A DNA stretch of 38,034 nt from NCBI GenBank assembly GCA_016840035.1, contig JAEOTC010000062.1, positions 1 to 38,034 of the forward strand, read 5' to 3'. Source of the stretch: Candidatus Hodarchaeota archaeon (lineage in GTDB: Archaea > Asgardarchaeota > Heimdallarchaeia > Hodarchaeales > Hodarchaeaceae). Made by a program: the position numbers and the translations under genes. Below are positions 1-10,499 of the stretch, piece by piece. The notes under the pieces are model-generated. The model was not told where the DNA came from, searched no databases, and saw nothing but the letters and a program-made list of their open reading frames with translations. Position 1 is the first letter of the stretch; every line of letters begins with the position of its first letter.

Positions 1-1
1 A

Positions 2-1705
2 CCTGTCAACGACATTATTGGTACAAGATTTGAGAAGAACATTCATCCCGAATCGATGGAGGAGGTGGTTCAAAGGTATAAAGACCGAATGCGTGGAATC
101 GATGTTCCCTCAATATATGAAACATCTATAGTCATGGTAAATGGAGAGAGGCTCGAAGTCGAACTAAACGCTGGTCTGATCAATTATCAAAATCGTCCGG
201 CTGATCTCATTTTCGTTCGTGATATTTCTGAGAGAAAACGGATCAGTAAAGAGCTAGAGGAAAGTGAAGAAAGGTTCAGAACTTTAATTACAACGATGGG
301 AGAAGGAGTTTGGGTAACGGACAGTAGAGATAGGACTATTTTTGTGAATAAGGCATTAGAAGCAATGTTGGGATATACGGAGGAGGAATTAATGGGTAGA
401 TTAGTGACAGATTTTCTCTCTCCTGATTCGTGGAGAAACTTCGAAGAAGTGGTCAAATCTCGCCTTGAAAAGAAATCTCTTTCCTCAACCTACGATATGA
501 CATGGATCAAGAAAGACGGATCATCATTAATAACTAGAATTTCTGGAACTGTTTTATTGGATGAAAATGAGAAGATGATCGGCTCTTTTGGTGTGTTTAC
601 CGATATTACTATTCAAAAAGCAATTGAACAATCATTACAGGAATCTGAGGAGCAGTACAGAAATCTTGTAGAACGAGCAAATGATGGGATAGCAATCGTC
701 CAGGATAGTAAAATTGCCTATGTAAATCCAAGTCTATCACAGATTAGTGGATATTCGATTCCTGAATTAATTGGTAAGTATTTTGTGAATTTTCTTCATG
801 CTGATGTGATACCTGAAGTTGAAGACATATATCGTCGCCGTATGGCTGGTGAAGATGTCCCAAATATTTATGATTCTCTTATTCGCAAAAAAGACGGGTC
901 AAAAGTAGAAGTCGAGTTTAATGTGGGAATTACTACACATCAAGGTACTCCCGCTGAGTTAGTATTTATCCGTGATGTTTCAGATCGAAAACGGGCTGAA
1001 AAGCTCCTATCACAGGTGAAATTAGAAGAGGAACGTTATCACGCAATGCTGTCCCATTTTGTCAATAATGATCTTCAAAAGATTGTAAATAATCTAGATT
1101 TAATTCGACTGGAATTAAAACACAAAGGGAATACTGATCCAGAAAACATCCAAGAGATTATAAGTATTGCAGATCAGTCGTCAAGGACAATTGAGACTGT
1201 GAATAAAATTTTTGACGTGCTTCAATCACCTGTTAAAGAATTTAAGTCTGTCTATAGCATTTTAGATGTGATAAACGATATTCTTCAGGAAAATCCGGGA
1301 TTTAAGGGCCAAGTATCTGTGAATAAACCAAGTCTTGATCGACTACTATTATGTGATCAATTTCTTAAAACAGCTTTAATTGAGATTTTACAGTTCATTC
1401 AGACTTCCTGTGAAGGAGAAAATGCAAAGACGGTACCTATCAAAATGGAGGGTGGATTACTGGCTGCTTATTACCGCATAGTCATTAAAGATACTTACTC
1501 TCCTCCTATTTCTGAAGAAGTAAGTTATCGTCTTTCAAGTAAGATTACTGACAATTGGGAGTATCAAGGACACTACATAGGATTATCATTATGTTCAGTT
1601 ATTATGCAACACTATGGGGGGACACTAAAAATTCTACCCCTAGTGAAAGAAGGAAATGAATTTCAATTACTCTTCCCCTCAATACTTGTTTCATCAAAAG
1701 AATAA
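2..1705 (+). CDS. Multi-PAS sensor protein with degenerate histidine-kinase-like C-terminus (5' end outside window)
   Basis: The frame is open from position 2 (PVNDIIGTRFEKNIHPES precedes the Met at 56). Three PAS/PAC repeats end in RDISERK, TDITIQK and RDVSDRK. H-box-like LSHFVNNDL; G2-like GHYIGLSLC..IMQHYGG. Confidence 0.85.
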   Translation, partial: PVNDIIGTRFEKNIHPESMEEVVQRYKDRMRGIDVPSIYETSIVMVNGERLEVELNAGLINYQNRPADLIFVRDISERKRISKELEESEERFRTLITTMGEGVWVTDSRDRTIFVNKALEAMLGYTEEELMGRLVTDFLSPDSWRNFEEVVKSRLEKKSLSSTYDMTWIKKDGSSLITRISGTVLLDENEKMIGSFGVFTDITIQKAIEQSLQESEEQYRNLVERANDGIAIVQDSKIAYVNPSLSQISGYSIPELIGKYFVNFLHADVIPEVEDIYRRRMAGEDVPNIYDSLIRKKDGSKVEVEFNVGITTHQGTPAELVFIRDVSDRKRAEKLLSQVKLEEERYHAMLSHFVNNDLQKIVNNLDLIRLELKHKGNTDPENIQEIISIADQSSRTIETVNKIFDVLQSPVKEFKSVYSILDVINDILQENPGFKGQVSVNKPSLDRLLLCDQFLKTALIEILQFIQTSCEGENAKTVPIKMEGGLLAAYYRIVIKDTYSPPISEEVSYRLSSKITDNWEYQGHYIGLSLCSVIMQHYGGTLKILPLVKEGNEFQLLFPSILVSSKE

Positions 1706-1738
1706 GAAAAAGAAAAAAAAATACGGAAAGTCCGTATT
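1706..1738 (-). terminator. Hairpin plus poly-T terminator downstream of gdhA
   Basis: Stem aatacgga (1720-1727)/tccgtatt (1731-1738) with a 3-nt loop, followed on the minus strand by a long T tract. It lies between two convergent genes. Confidence 0.65.
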
Positions 1739-1749
1739 CAAAGTATATT

Positions 1750-3114
<1,365 letters not shown>

Positions 3115-3416
3115 TTAGAATATTTGTTTTCATATTGATTCGGGAGAGATGAACCTTTTTCAAGTTTCAATTGTGGAAACCTGTTGTAATTGCCGGAGGA
3201 AGAAGATGATTTAAACAATTTTTTACTTTCTCAGTCTTTTCTGAGAAGTCTCCTAATGCGATTTCATTCACTCTAGGGAGATTTTTCTTCTAGAACTTTG
3301 ATTAAATGGCTAGAATCTACTTATGGTTCTAATTACAATAAAGTTGAGTTTAATATTATGCGAAAGACAGGGAAAGTTTAATTTAAGTGAAAAAACAAGA
3401 ACGCAACTAGATTGCG

Positions 3417-6401
3417 ATGACAATACCATCTCCGAACCATTCAAAGATTGAAGAGATAAAATTCGATTATAAACCGAAATATCAAATTTTCCATGAGTTA
3501 ATGATTAATCGGATTAATAAAGTTCTCCTCGTCTCAAGTTATTATGATAATTTTATACTTGAGGAAGACGGAAGGCTTTCTGATCAAATTTTCGAAGAAT
3601 TTCACAATTTAAATCTCCGAACTCTCCCTGTGATTACACGTGTGGCAACCGCAAGTGAAGCATTAAGCCTTCTTCGAGAACATACTTTTGACCTTGTTAT
3701 CACTATGCGACGATTGGGGGATATTGATCCTTTCTCATTTGGTACACAGGTAAAAGCAATACAGAAAATACCTGTCGTGCTTTTATTAAACAACCCTGCT
3801 GATGTTCCGTATCTCCCAGATATCACATCAGGTGAAGGAATCGATAAGATATTTCTATGGAATGGTGACTCTACAGTCTTTGTAGCTATCATTAAACATC
3901 TTGAAGATAAATTGAATGTTGAGCATGATACGCGTGTAGGACTGGTTCGAGTAATAATTGTTATTGAAGATTCAATCCGTTATTATTCCGTGTTTCTTCC
4001 TATTATCTACAGTGAAATCATGAAACAAACACATCGTTTAATTTCTGAAGGAGTGAATGATTACCACCACCTCTTGCAGATGCGAACCAGACCTAAGATC
4101 TTATTGGCTTCGAATTATGAAGAAGGTATGCAGTATTATACAGAATATCGGAAATCAGTGATTGGGATAATTTCTGATGTTCGTTTCTCTCGTGAGGGAG
4201 TTTTAGATGAATCAGCAGGGTTAAAATTTATCAAATACATCAAAGAAGATAATCCCACATTACCAGTAGCTTTACAATCAAGTAATGAGAAAAATCGTAT
4301 ACGTGCTGAAAAATTAGGAGTGTTTTTTATTAACAAATTCTCTAGGAAATTATTGAAGACACTTCGTGGATTTATGCTTAACTATCTTGGTTTTGGTGAT
4401 TTTAAATTTAAACTAAATGATGGAACAGAAGTTAGTAGAGCAAAAAATATACTAGAGCTTGAACGAGGTATTGCAACTGTGCCTGAGGAATCACTGATTT
4501 ACCATGGTTCGCATGACCACTTTTCTGGTTGGTTAATGAATCGTGGAGAATTTGATATTGCCCAGAGAATTAAACCAAGGAAAGTATCTGAGTTCACACA
4601 ACCTGAAGATTTACGCAACTTTCTACTTTCAGCTGTTAATTCTATAGTGGAAGAAAAGACTGGAGGAGTTATCAATGACTTTTCCAGAGATACTTATCAT
4701 TCCTCAATTCGTTTTACTCGTCTTAGACCGGGTTCTTTAGGGGGGAAGGGACGGGGGATTGCATTTCTACAATTTTTGTTGAATTCGTTTCTCTTGGCAG
4801 ATGAATTATCAGAACAGGTATCTATCCGTATTCCAAAAACTGTGGTCATAGGGACAGATGAGTGGGATCGTTTTATGGATGATAACGAAGAACTACATGA
4901 AATTGCGTTATCTGATACTTCTGACGCTGAAATTAGAAAAAGATTCACTAAAGTGAAACTAGATAAAAAACTTGTTTCTGATCTTCGTCACATCCTTAAA
5001 ACACTTACCGGTCCACTCTCAGTGCGCTCTTCCAGCTTAATGGAGGATTCCCAGTTTCAACCTTTCGCTGGAGTATTCGAAACTTTCTTTTTAAGTAATA
5101 ACCAAGATTTAAAAACACGTGTTGAATTACTTTGCACCGCCATCAAGTTAGTATTTGCTTCTTCTTTCTTGGAACAGGCAAAAAGCTATGCAGAGTCAAC
5201 AGGTCAATCCATAGAGGAGTCTAAGATGGCTGTGGTAATTCAACAGGTAGTTGGTAGAAAAAGACCAAACAATTTGTCCTATCCTTGTTTTTCTGGAGTA
5301 GCTACATCATATAACTATTATCCAGTCTCATACATGAAACCTGATGACCGAATTGTATTTTTAGCCGCTGGATTAGGAAAAACTATTGTAGATGGTGGAT
5401 TAACCTATAGATATTGTCCAAAATTTCCTGAACTCAGCTTTTATTCTACCCAAGATCAGACGTTCGTAAATAGCCAAAAAGACTTTTTTGCCATAGATTT
5501 AGGTTCCAAATCAAAATCTTTCGAAAGAGGGGAAGACTCCTTCCTTATAAATTCAAGTATATTTGATTTAGACCCTATAACTCTAGATCGGATTGCTGAT
5601 ACGTATGATCATAATGATCAAATCATTAGGCCAGGATATAGTGGTGAAGGCGCACCAGTTATTAGTTTTAGCAGACAGTTAAAATATGGTGGATTTCCAT
5701 TTGCCAAACTGTTATCCAAGATTCTTCTATTGGGGGAGCAAACAATGGGAAGTTCGGTTGAGATAGAATTTGCGGGAAATTTTCAATTAGATCCCAAGAA
5801 GAAGACAACATTCTACCTATTACAGATTCGTCCTTATACACAATATGAGGCTATTCTAGAGGAAGAAAAAGAAACTGCTCCAAAGGATCAAGTATTAATA
5901 CGATCAGGTCTTGCCTCTGGTAATAGCATTCTAAAAAACATTCATGATGTAGTTTATATTAAACCCGAGACGTTTGATAAGTTGAAAACTCCAGAGATGG
6001 TTCTAGAAATTGGAGAGATAAATAAACGATTGAAGAAAAAGGACACCCCTTATATTTTGATCGGATTTGGGAGATGGGGAACATTTGATTCATCTTTAGG
6101 TATTCCAGTGAAATGGCACCATATTTCAGGTGCTCACGTCATCATTGAAGCTGGATTAAAGGATTTTCAGGTAGAACATTCTCAAGGGAGTCATTTCTTT
6201 CAAAATATTACCACAGCTAATATAGGCTATCTGTTTATTAATTATAAGTCCGAAGATGATATCATAGATTGGGAGTGGCTTTCAAAACAAGAAGAAATAG
6301 AAGATATGATTTATTCCAAACATATCCGAGTACAAAATCCCTTTTATGTGAGAGTAGATGGGCGTAAACGTAAAGGGTTCATCCTTAAACCAGACGATTG
6401 A
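3417..6401 (+). CDS. Receiver-domain-containing PEP-synthase/PPDK-N (ATP-grasp) family protein
   Basis: Two N-terminal receiver-like folds (FDLVITMR; IISDVRF). PPDK_N motifs GGKGRG, VRSSSLMED, FAGVFET, MAVVIQQVVG, GLGKTIVDG, EIEFA..LLQIRP. C-terminal GRWG...SQGSHFFQN domain. No PEP/pyruvate-binding barrel. Confidence 0.85.
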   Translation: MTIPSPNHSKIEEIKFDYKPKYQIFHELMINRINKVLLVSSYYDNFILEEDGRLSDQIFEEFHNLNLRTLPVITRVATASEALSLLREHTFDLVITMRRLGDIDPFSFGTQVKAIQKIPVVLLLNNPADVPYLPDITSGEGIDKIFLWNGDSTVFVAIIKHLEDKLNVEHDTRVGLVRVIIVIEDSIRYYSVFLPIIYSEIMKQTHRLISEGVNDYHHLLQMRTRPKILLASNYEEGMQYYTEYRKSVIGIISDVRFSREGVLDESAGLKFIKYIKEDNPTLPVALQSSNEKNRIRAEKLGVFFINKFSRKLLKTLRGFMLNYLGFGDFKFKLNDGTEVSRAKNILELERGIATVPEESLIYHGSHDHFSGWLMNRGEFDIAQRIKPRKVSEFTQPEDLRNFLLSAVNSIVEEKTGGVINDFSRDTYHSSIRFTRLRPGSLGGKGRGIAFLQFLLNSFLLADELSEQVSIRIPKTVVIGTDEWDRFMDDNEELHEIALSDTSDAEIRKRFTKVKLDKKLVSDLRHILKTLTGPLSVRSSSLMEDSQFQPFAGVFETFFLSNNQDLKTRVELLCTAIKLVFASSFLEQAKSYAESTGQSIEESKMAVVIQQVVGRKRPNNLSYPCFSGVATSYNYYPVSYMKPDDRIVFLAAGLGKTIVDGGLTYRYCPKFPELSFYSTQDQTFVNSQKDFFAIDLGSKSKSFERGEDSFLINSSIFDLDPITLDRIADTYDHNDQIIRPGYSGEGAPVISFSRQLKYGGFPFAKLLSKILLLGEQTMGSSVEIEFAGNFQLDPKKKTTFYLLQIRPYTQYEAILEEEKETAPKDQVLIRSGLASGNSILKNIHDVVYIKPETFDKLKTPEMVLEIGEINKRLKKKDTPYILIGFGRWGTFDSSLGIPVKWHHISGAHVIIEAGLKDFQVEHSQGSHFFQNITTANIGYLFINYKSEDDIIDWEWLSKQEEIEDMIYSKHIRVQNPFYVRVDGRKRKGFILKPDD

Positions 6402-6436
6402 TTAGTATTCCCTTTTTACTTGAATAATATTACTCT

Positions 6437-7006
6437 ATGAAGGGGTTCTTCTGTTTGTTTAGTACAGATATTTCCGAAATTGAAAAAAAATTAAAGACAT
6501 GGAAAAATGTTAAATTTTATTTTCCCTATAAAGAATTAACAGGCATTCCAAAGTGGCAGACAGTGGTATTGACATGTATGGATTGTCGAATTATTTCCAA
6601 CGTGTTTGGGGTTGATGATCCAGGAGAATTAACAATTATACGTAATGCTGGAGCATTATTAACCCCAGATAGTCTTCGTTCTCTCCTGATAGCAATATAT
6701 GAGCTTCAAGTGCGTAATATTATAGTGTGTGGTCATACTAACTGTGGAGGACAGATGACAAAGGAACGAATGAATATAACAATACAGAAAATTTCAGAAC
6801 GGACAAATAATCCTCCTGAAAACATTTTCCAAATCCTTGGAGCACGAGATTCAAGCCAAGTATTTTTAGGATTTAACGATGTCTCCCAACAGGTAACAAA
6901 GACTATCTCTTCAATCAAAAATCACCCTCTTATCTCACCACTGAATATAGCTGTAAGTGGGTGGGTTTATGAAACTGAAAATGGGGAATTCATTAAGATC
7001 TGTTAA
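6437..7006 (+). CDS. Beta-class carbonic anhydrase (Cab-like)
   Basis: Zinc-ligand motifs CMDCR and HTNCG, plus IRNAGA and C-terminal GWVYETENG. Confidence 0.9.
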   Translation: MKGFFCLFSTDISEIEKKLKTWKNVKFYFPYKELTGIPKWQTVVLTCMDCRIISNVFGVDDPGELTIIRNAGALLTPDSLRSLLIAIYELQVRNIIVCGHTNCGGQMTKERMNITIQKISERTNNPPENIFQILGARDSSQVFLGFNDVSQQVTKTISSIKNHPLISPLNIAVSGWVYETENGEFIKIC

Positions 7007-7724
7007 TTTTGGTCCAAAATTCGATGTATAATACTTTTTCTTTTTTCCCTACTAGAGAATCTATGAATGATAATTTCAGAATTTGAGGTACATTATTCAC
7101 AATTTTCTGATGGTACTTCTGGATAATAGATTCAATTTCTTGGTGGTTTTCGATTTTTATTATACAAATCACACGAGCAGGATTTTCATTGGATCTAGCT
7201 AGATGTAACAACGATATAATTTTATCCAAGAGGAATAAGGGATCAATTGTGAGATCTATTGTTACTAAATTGAAATTCTGTTTTGATAATTCAGGGAGTG
7301 AATCAAAAACATCATTGATATGGTAAGAAAAATTCGATTTTTCTCTCTTTAACAATTCGAGATAAGGCTCGAACTGGGGAGATATTTCGATAGCATATAA
7401 ATTTTTAATATTCTGTTCAAGGAGAAACTCACAAAATCCCCCTGCACTAGCACCTATGTCTAAAACGTGATCATTAGGAAAAAATTGAATATCGGCTTGA
7501 TTCACTAGAAATTTTAGTTTCTGATATCCGAGAGGAAGATCATATTCTGCTAATTTGTTTTCATTCAGAATTATTTCGTCATTATTCTTTACGATGTAAG
7601 CAGGTTTATTACACTGTCTTTTATTAACCTGTACTCCGATTTTTCGGATAAAACGGTTTGCTTTTGTACGTGAAGATAGATACCCCATCTTCACTAACCA
7701 TTCATCAACTCTCATTATCTTCAT
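6993..7724 (-). CDS. TlyA-like S4-domain rRNA methyltransferase (likely start 7715)
   Basis: S4 domain MRVDEWL..GYLSSRTKA; GYQKL; SAM motif LDIGASAGGF. Confidence 0.8.
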   Translation of the reverse strand: MKIMRVDEWLVKMGYLSSRTKANRFIRKIGVQVNKRQCNKPAYIVKNNDEIILNENKLAEYDLPLGYQKLKFLVNQADIQFFPNDHVLDIGASAGGFCEFLLEQNIKNLYAIEISPQFEPYLELLKREKSNFSYHINDVFDSLPELSKQNFNLVTIDLTIDPLFLLDKIISLLHLARSNENPARVICIIKIENHQEIESIIQKYHQKIVNNVPQILKLSFIDSLVGKKEKVLYIEFWTKINRS

Positions 7725-7839
7725 CAGTCAATCTTTCATGCTTACTTCGTCGCCAAAACTTTTTCCCTTGTTTGATTTTCTCACGAAAACGTTTTTCCTC
7801 ACGTAAGATTCTTCGAACCCCTTTCCCTTTTCTAGGCAT
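7705..7839 (-). CDS. Small highly basic protein, 44 aa (not in ORF track)
   Basis: Manual translation MPRKGKGVRRILREEKRFREKIKQGKKFWRRSKHERLTDEDNES*. GAGGT lies about 10 nt upstream, and the stop overlaps the start of the TlyA-like gene. Confidence 0.55.
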   Translation of the reverse strand: MPRKGKGVRRILREEKRFREKIKQGKKFWRRSKHERLTDEDNES

Positions 7840-8008
7840 CTCTTCATATACCTCAATTTTCTTTTACAATAAGCGATAAGAGAGTGACGTTTTAATACCT
7901 TTTTTCTTTCAAATTTTTAGAAATTCAGATTAAATACTGATAATCAGCCATTTTCAATAATCTCTGTCTCTTTCAAATTTAAATTCTTCAGTATTGAATA
8001 ATAATTGT

Positions 8009-8149
8009 ATGGTTCCCTCCAAACAAAACACTCCAAGTGCGATGGAAAAATCGCCATCCAAGACTGAAAAATACCTAGAGCGAAAATATGGCAAAGAACC
8101 TAAAATTTCCTTAGAAGAATTGAAGCAAATTCGATGGAACTGGCACTAA
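8009..8149 (+). CDS. Small hypothetical protein, 46 aa (not in ORF track)
   Basis: Manual translation MVPSKQNTPSAMEKSPSKTEKYLERKYGKEPKISLEELKQIRWNWH*. It fills an otherwise empty gap and is followed by a T-rich tract. Confidence 0.4.
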   Translation: MVPSKQNTPSAMEKSPSKTEKYLERKYGKEPKISLEELKQIRWNWH

Positions 8150-8315
8150 TTGCCTCAATTTTTCTTCTTATTTGAGAATTTTTTACTGTAACCAAGGTAT
8201 TTAATAAATGCACCTTCTTATTGAAACTAAACGATCTTTTGAGTTTCGCAATTAATAACAACTTATTTATACCGAGACTTAGTTCTTTCAGTCTATAATT
8301 CGAGAGTGATTTTTT

Positions 8316-8525
8316 ATGGCCAGAAAAGACTTGCTTAAACAGCTACTCATAGGTTTATTGAGTCTCATAATAGGTTTGGGATGTATCTACGTCGGTACCG
8401 AGGTTATGGATCCTGATATGTTAATTCTTATTATTATTGGAATTCTCTTATCAATCTTAGGAATCTTCTTCATATTATTATTTATTGCACCTGGAACCAT
8501 GCTTAAGATATTAAGGCAACGCTAA
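8316..8525 (+). CDS. Small two-TM membrane protein
   Basis: Two long hydrophobic segments with basic termini. Confidence 0.7.
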   Translation: MARKDLLKQLLIGLLSLIIGLGCIYVGTEVMDPDMLILIIIGILLSILGIFFILLFIAPGTMLKILRQR

Positions 8526-8624
8526 AGACAAATTCAGGTTTGGGATCTAATTCCACCAGAATAGAGATCTAAGAGGGGTTTTTTTCTTAAATTTGAAGAC
8601 CGAGTTATCAATTTCAAGATTTTT

Positions 8625-9161
8625 CTAATAATCACGTGAAAATTTTTCAGCGATCCATTTTTGAATATCCTCTGGTTCCTCCTCCTCTGTCATCTCATGT
8701 TTCCTCCAATATTCCATTTTCTCCGAGAAGTCCTCTGTGGAAATGATTTTTCCTTCTTCAATAGTCAATTCTATTACTGTTTGATACGAAGTTGGAGCCT
8801 GGAATCCCATGTGTACATATAACTCTTGAATGAAGTCTTTAGCAATCAATAATTTTCCAGAAAAATCACTGGTATATTCTAGGTTTTCATACAAATAGTC
8901 AAAGAAGTAATCCTTCCCATCAATTGGCGATTTTTCGTTAATAGGAACAGGCGTGTCTTTTATATTAATTAAAATTCCTTGCAATATAAGACGATCGTTA
9001 AGAACCTCATAGTAGAGGGTAAATCCTCTCCAACAAGCTGTACAGGAAGAATATGGGGTAATTCCCGCAGATATGGGATCAAACAACATATCACCTTTAA
9101 TTCCCGCAATTACATACTCTTCATCATTATACTTTAGGGTATCCGACATTTGACCAGTCAT
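8625..9161 (-). CDS. Hypothetical protein
   Basis: 178-aa ORF with normal protein-like composition (SSCTACWRGF, YVHMGFQ). No family I can name. Confidence 0.75.
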   Translation of the reverse strand: MTGQMSDTLKYNDEEYVIAGIKGDMLFDPISAGITPYSSCTACWRGFTLYYEVLNDRLILQGILINIKDTPVPINEKSPIDGKDYFFDYLYENLEYTSDFSGKLLIAKDFIQELYVHMGFQAPTSYQTVIELTIEEGKIISTEDFSEKMEYWRKHEMTEEEEPEDIQKWIAEKFSRDY

Positions 9162-9315
9162 ATGAAGACGTTCCGTTTAGTATTAAGATCTCTTGCAGAA
9201 ATGAGCGAATTCAGGAAGAGAACTATGCTAGGAGAAAGGATTCGTGTTTTAAAGATTCGTATTCTGGAAAACAAGATTTAAAAAGAGAAGAGAGTGAAAA
9301 ACACTCAGATTAAAG

Positions 9316-10290
9316 TTGACGAGAGATCAAATCGATAAAAAAGTAAAATTTATTGGTGGGGTTACAATTGGAATCCTCTTTTTAGCAAGCCTTCTTGCAG
9401 GATATTTCTTCTTATCATTTAAACAGATTGGATATAATGAATTTGGTTTAAATCAAGATACAATAAGTCAAAGGATTGAAGAAAAGGTATATGAAAAAGG
9501 ATTGTATCATGTTGGAATATTTCATCGATTCATAAAATTTCCAAAAACAGTTCAGAAAATTGAATTTTTTAATACCTTGGGAAGTTCAGGAGATCCATTA
9601 GGTCCATTAAATTCACGGACGCAAGATGGGTTATTGATACATATCCAGTTAGCATTTCACTATCGTCTTCAGAAGAATGATATCCTGAATTTATATGGTA
9701 CATTCGGTTTAGACTATGAAGATCGGTTTGTAGGCCAAGCACGGACTACATTACGAGATGTAGTCAGTTTCTATTCAGCTATCGAGTTCTTTACTAATCG
9801 AACAATAATTGCGGAAACGATGGAGATTGACCTCAATACTGACTTACAGGATATGTATGTAGATGTTGTATTTTTTCAGATGCGTGAAATAGATCTCCCT
9901 GATGAGTTTGAAGAAGCCTTGAAACAAGTACAAATAGCCCAGCAGCAATATCAGATCGCTCTTTATGAACAGGAAGCAGCAATTGTACGTGCTCAAACAG
10001 CCATAATCGAAGCCCAAGCTCAAGCAAATATCACTGTTCTTACCGCTGAAGCCGATGCAGAAGCGTATCTTATCTCTATAGACGCACAAGCCCAAGCAGT
10101 AAATATTACTTTGACAGCCGAAAAACTTGCATATTATGCTATGGGACAGCAACTTAATTTAACTTCAAGCGAGCTTCTAGCTTTATTGTGGGTTATGGCC
10201 GTTCGAGATCACGATTCATCGCTCCTTATAATTGGTGCAGATACCCCAATTTTGATTGAAAACGAATTAAATACTACAAAAAGTCTTTAA
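9316..10290 (+). CDS. SPFH/band-7/prohibitin-domain membrane protein
   Basis: N-terminal TM; RTQDGLLIHIQLAFHYRL; QMREIDLPDEFEEA; Ala/Glu-rich coiled coil (EAQAQA...AEADAEA). Confidence 0.88.
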   Translation: MTRDQIDKKVKFIGGVTIGILFLASLLAGYFFLSFKQIGYNEFGLNQDTISQRIEEKVYEKGLYHVGIFHRFIKFPKTVQKIEFFNTLGSSGDPLGPLNSRTQDGLLIHIQLAFHYRLQKNDILNLYGTFGLDYEDRFVGQARTTLRDVVSFYSAIEFFTNRTIIAETMEIDLNTDLQDMYVDVVFFQMREIDLPDEFEEALKQVQIAQQQYQIALYEQEAAIVRAQTAIIEAQAQANITVLTAEADAEAYLISIDAQAQAVNITLTAEKLAYYAMGQQLNLTSSELLALLWVMAVRDHDSSLLIIGADTPILIENELNTTKSL

Positions 10291-10499
10291 TTCTTCTTTC
10301 TTTTTTCCCAGATCACCTGGAGATTCAAGGGAATTTTTCAGCAAGTAGGGGGCTTTTTGCATTCAGGATCACAAATTTATTTTATCTAATTTCTGGGATG
10401 TTGAACTTTATATTCTGATGTGCATGTACAATATTTTAAATTGCATAGGTTGGTTTTCAGGTTCTTCGGTCAGAATATTTGAATAAGGATACGTAATTC

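Noticed and set aside
3417-6401. Canonical phosphoenolpyruvate synthase (ppsA)
   Set aside because: It lacks the C-terminal PEP/pyruvate-binding barrel and the GGxTSHAA phospho-His motif.
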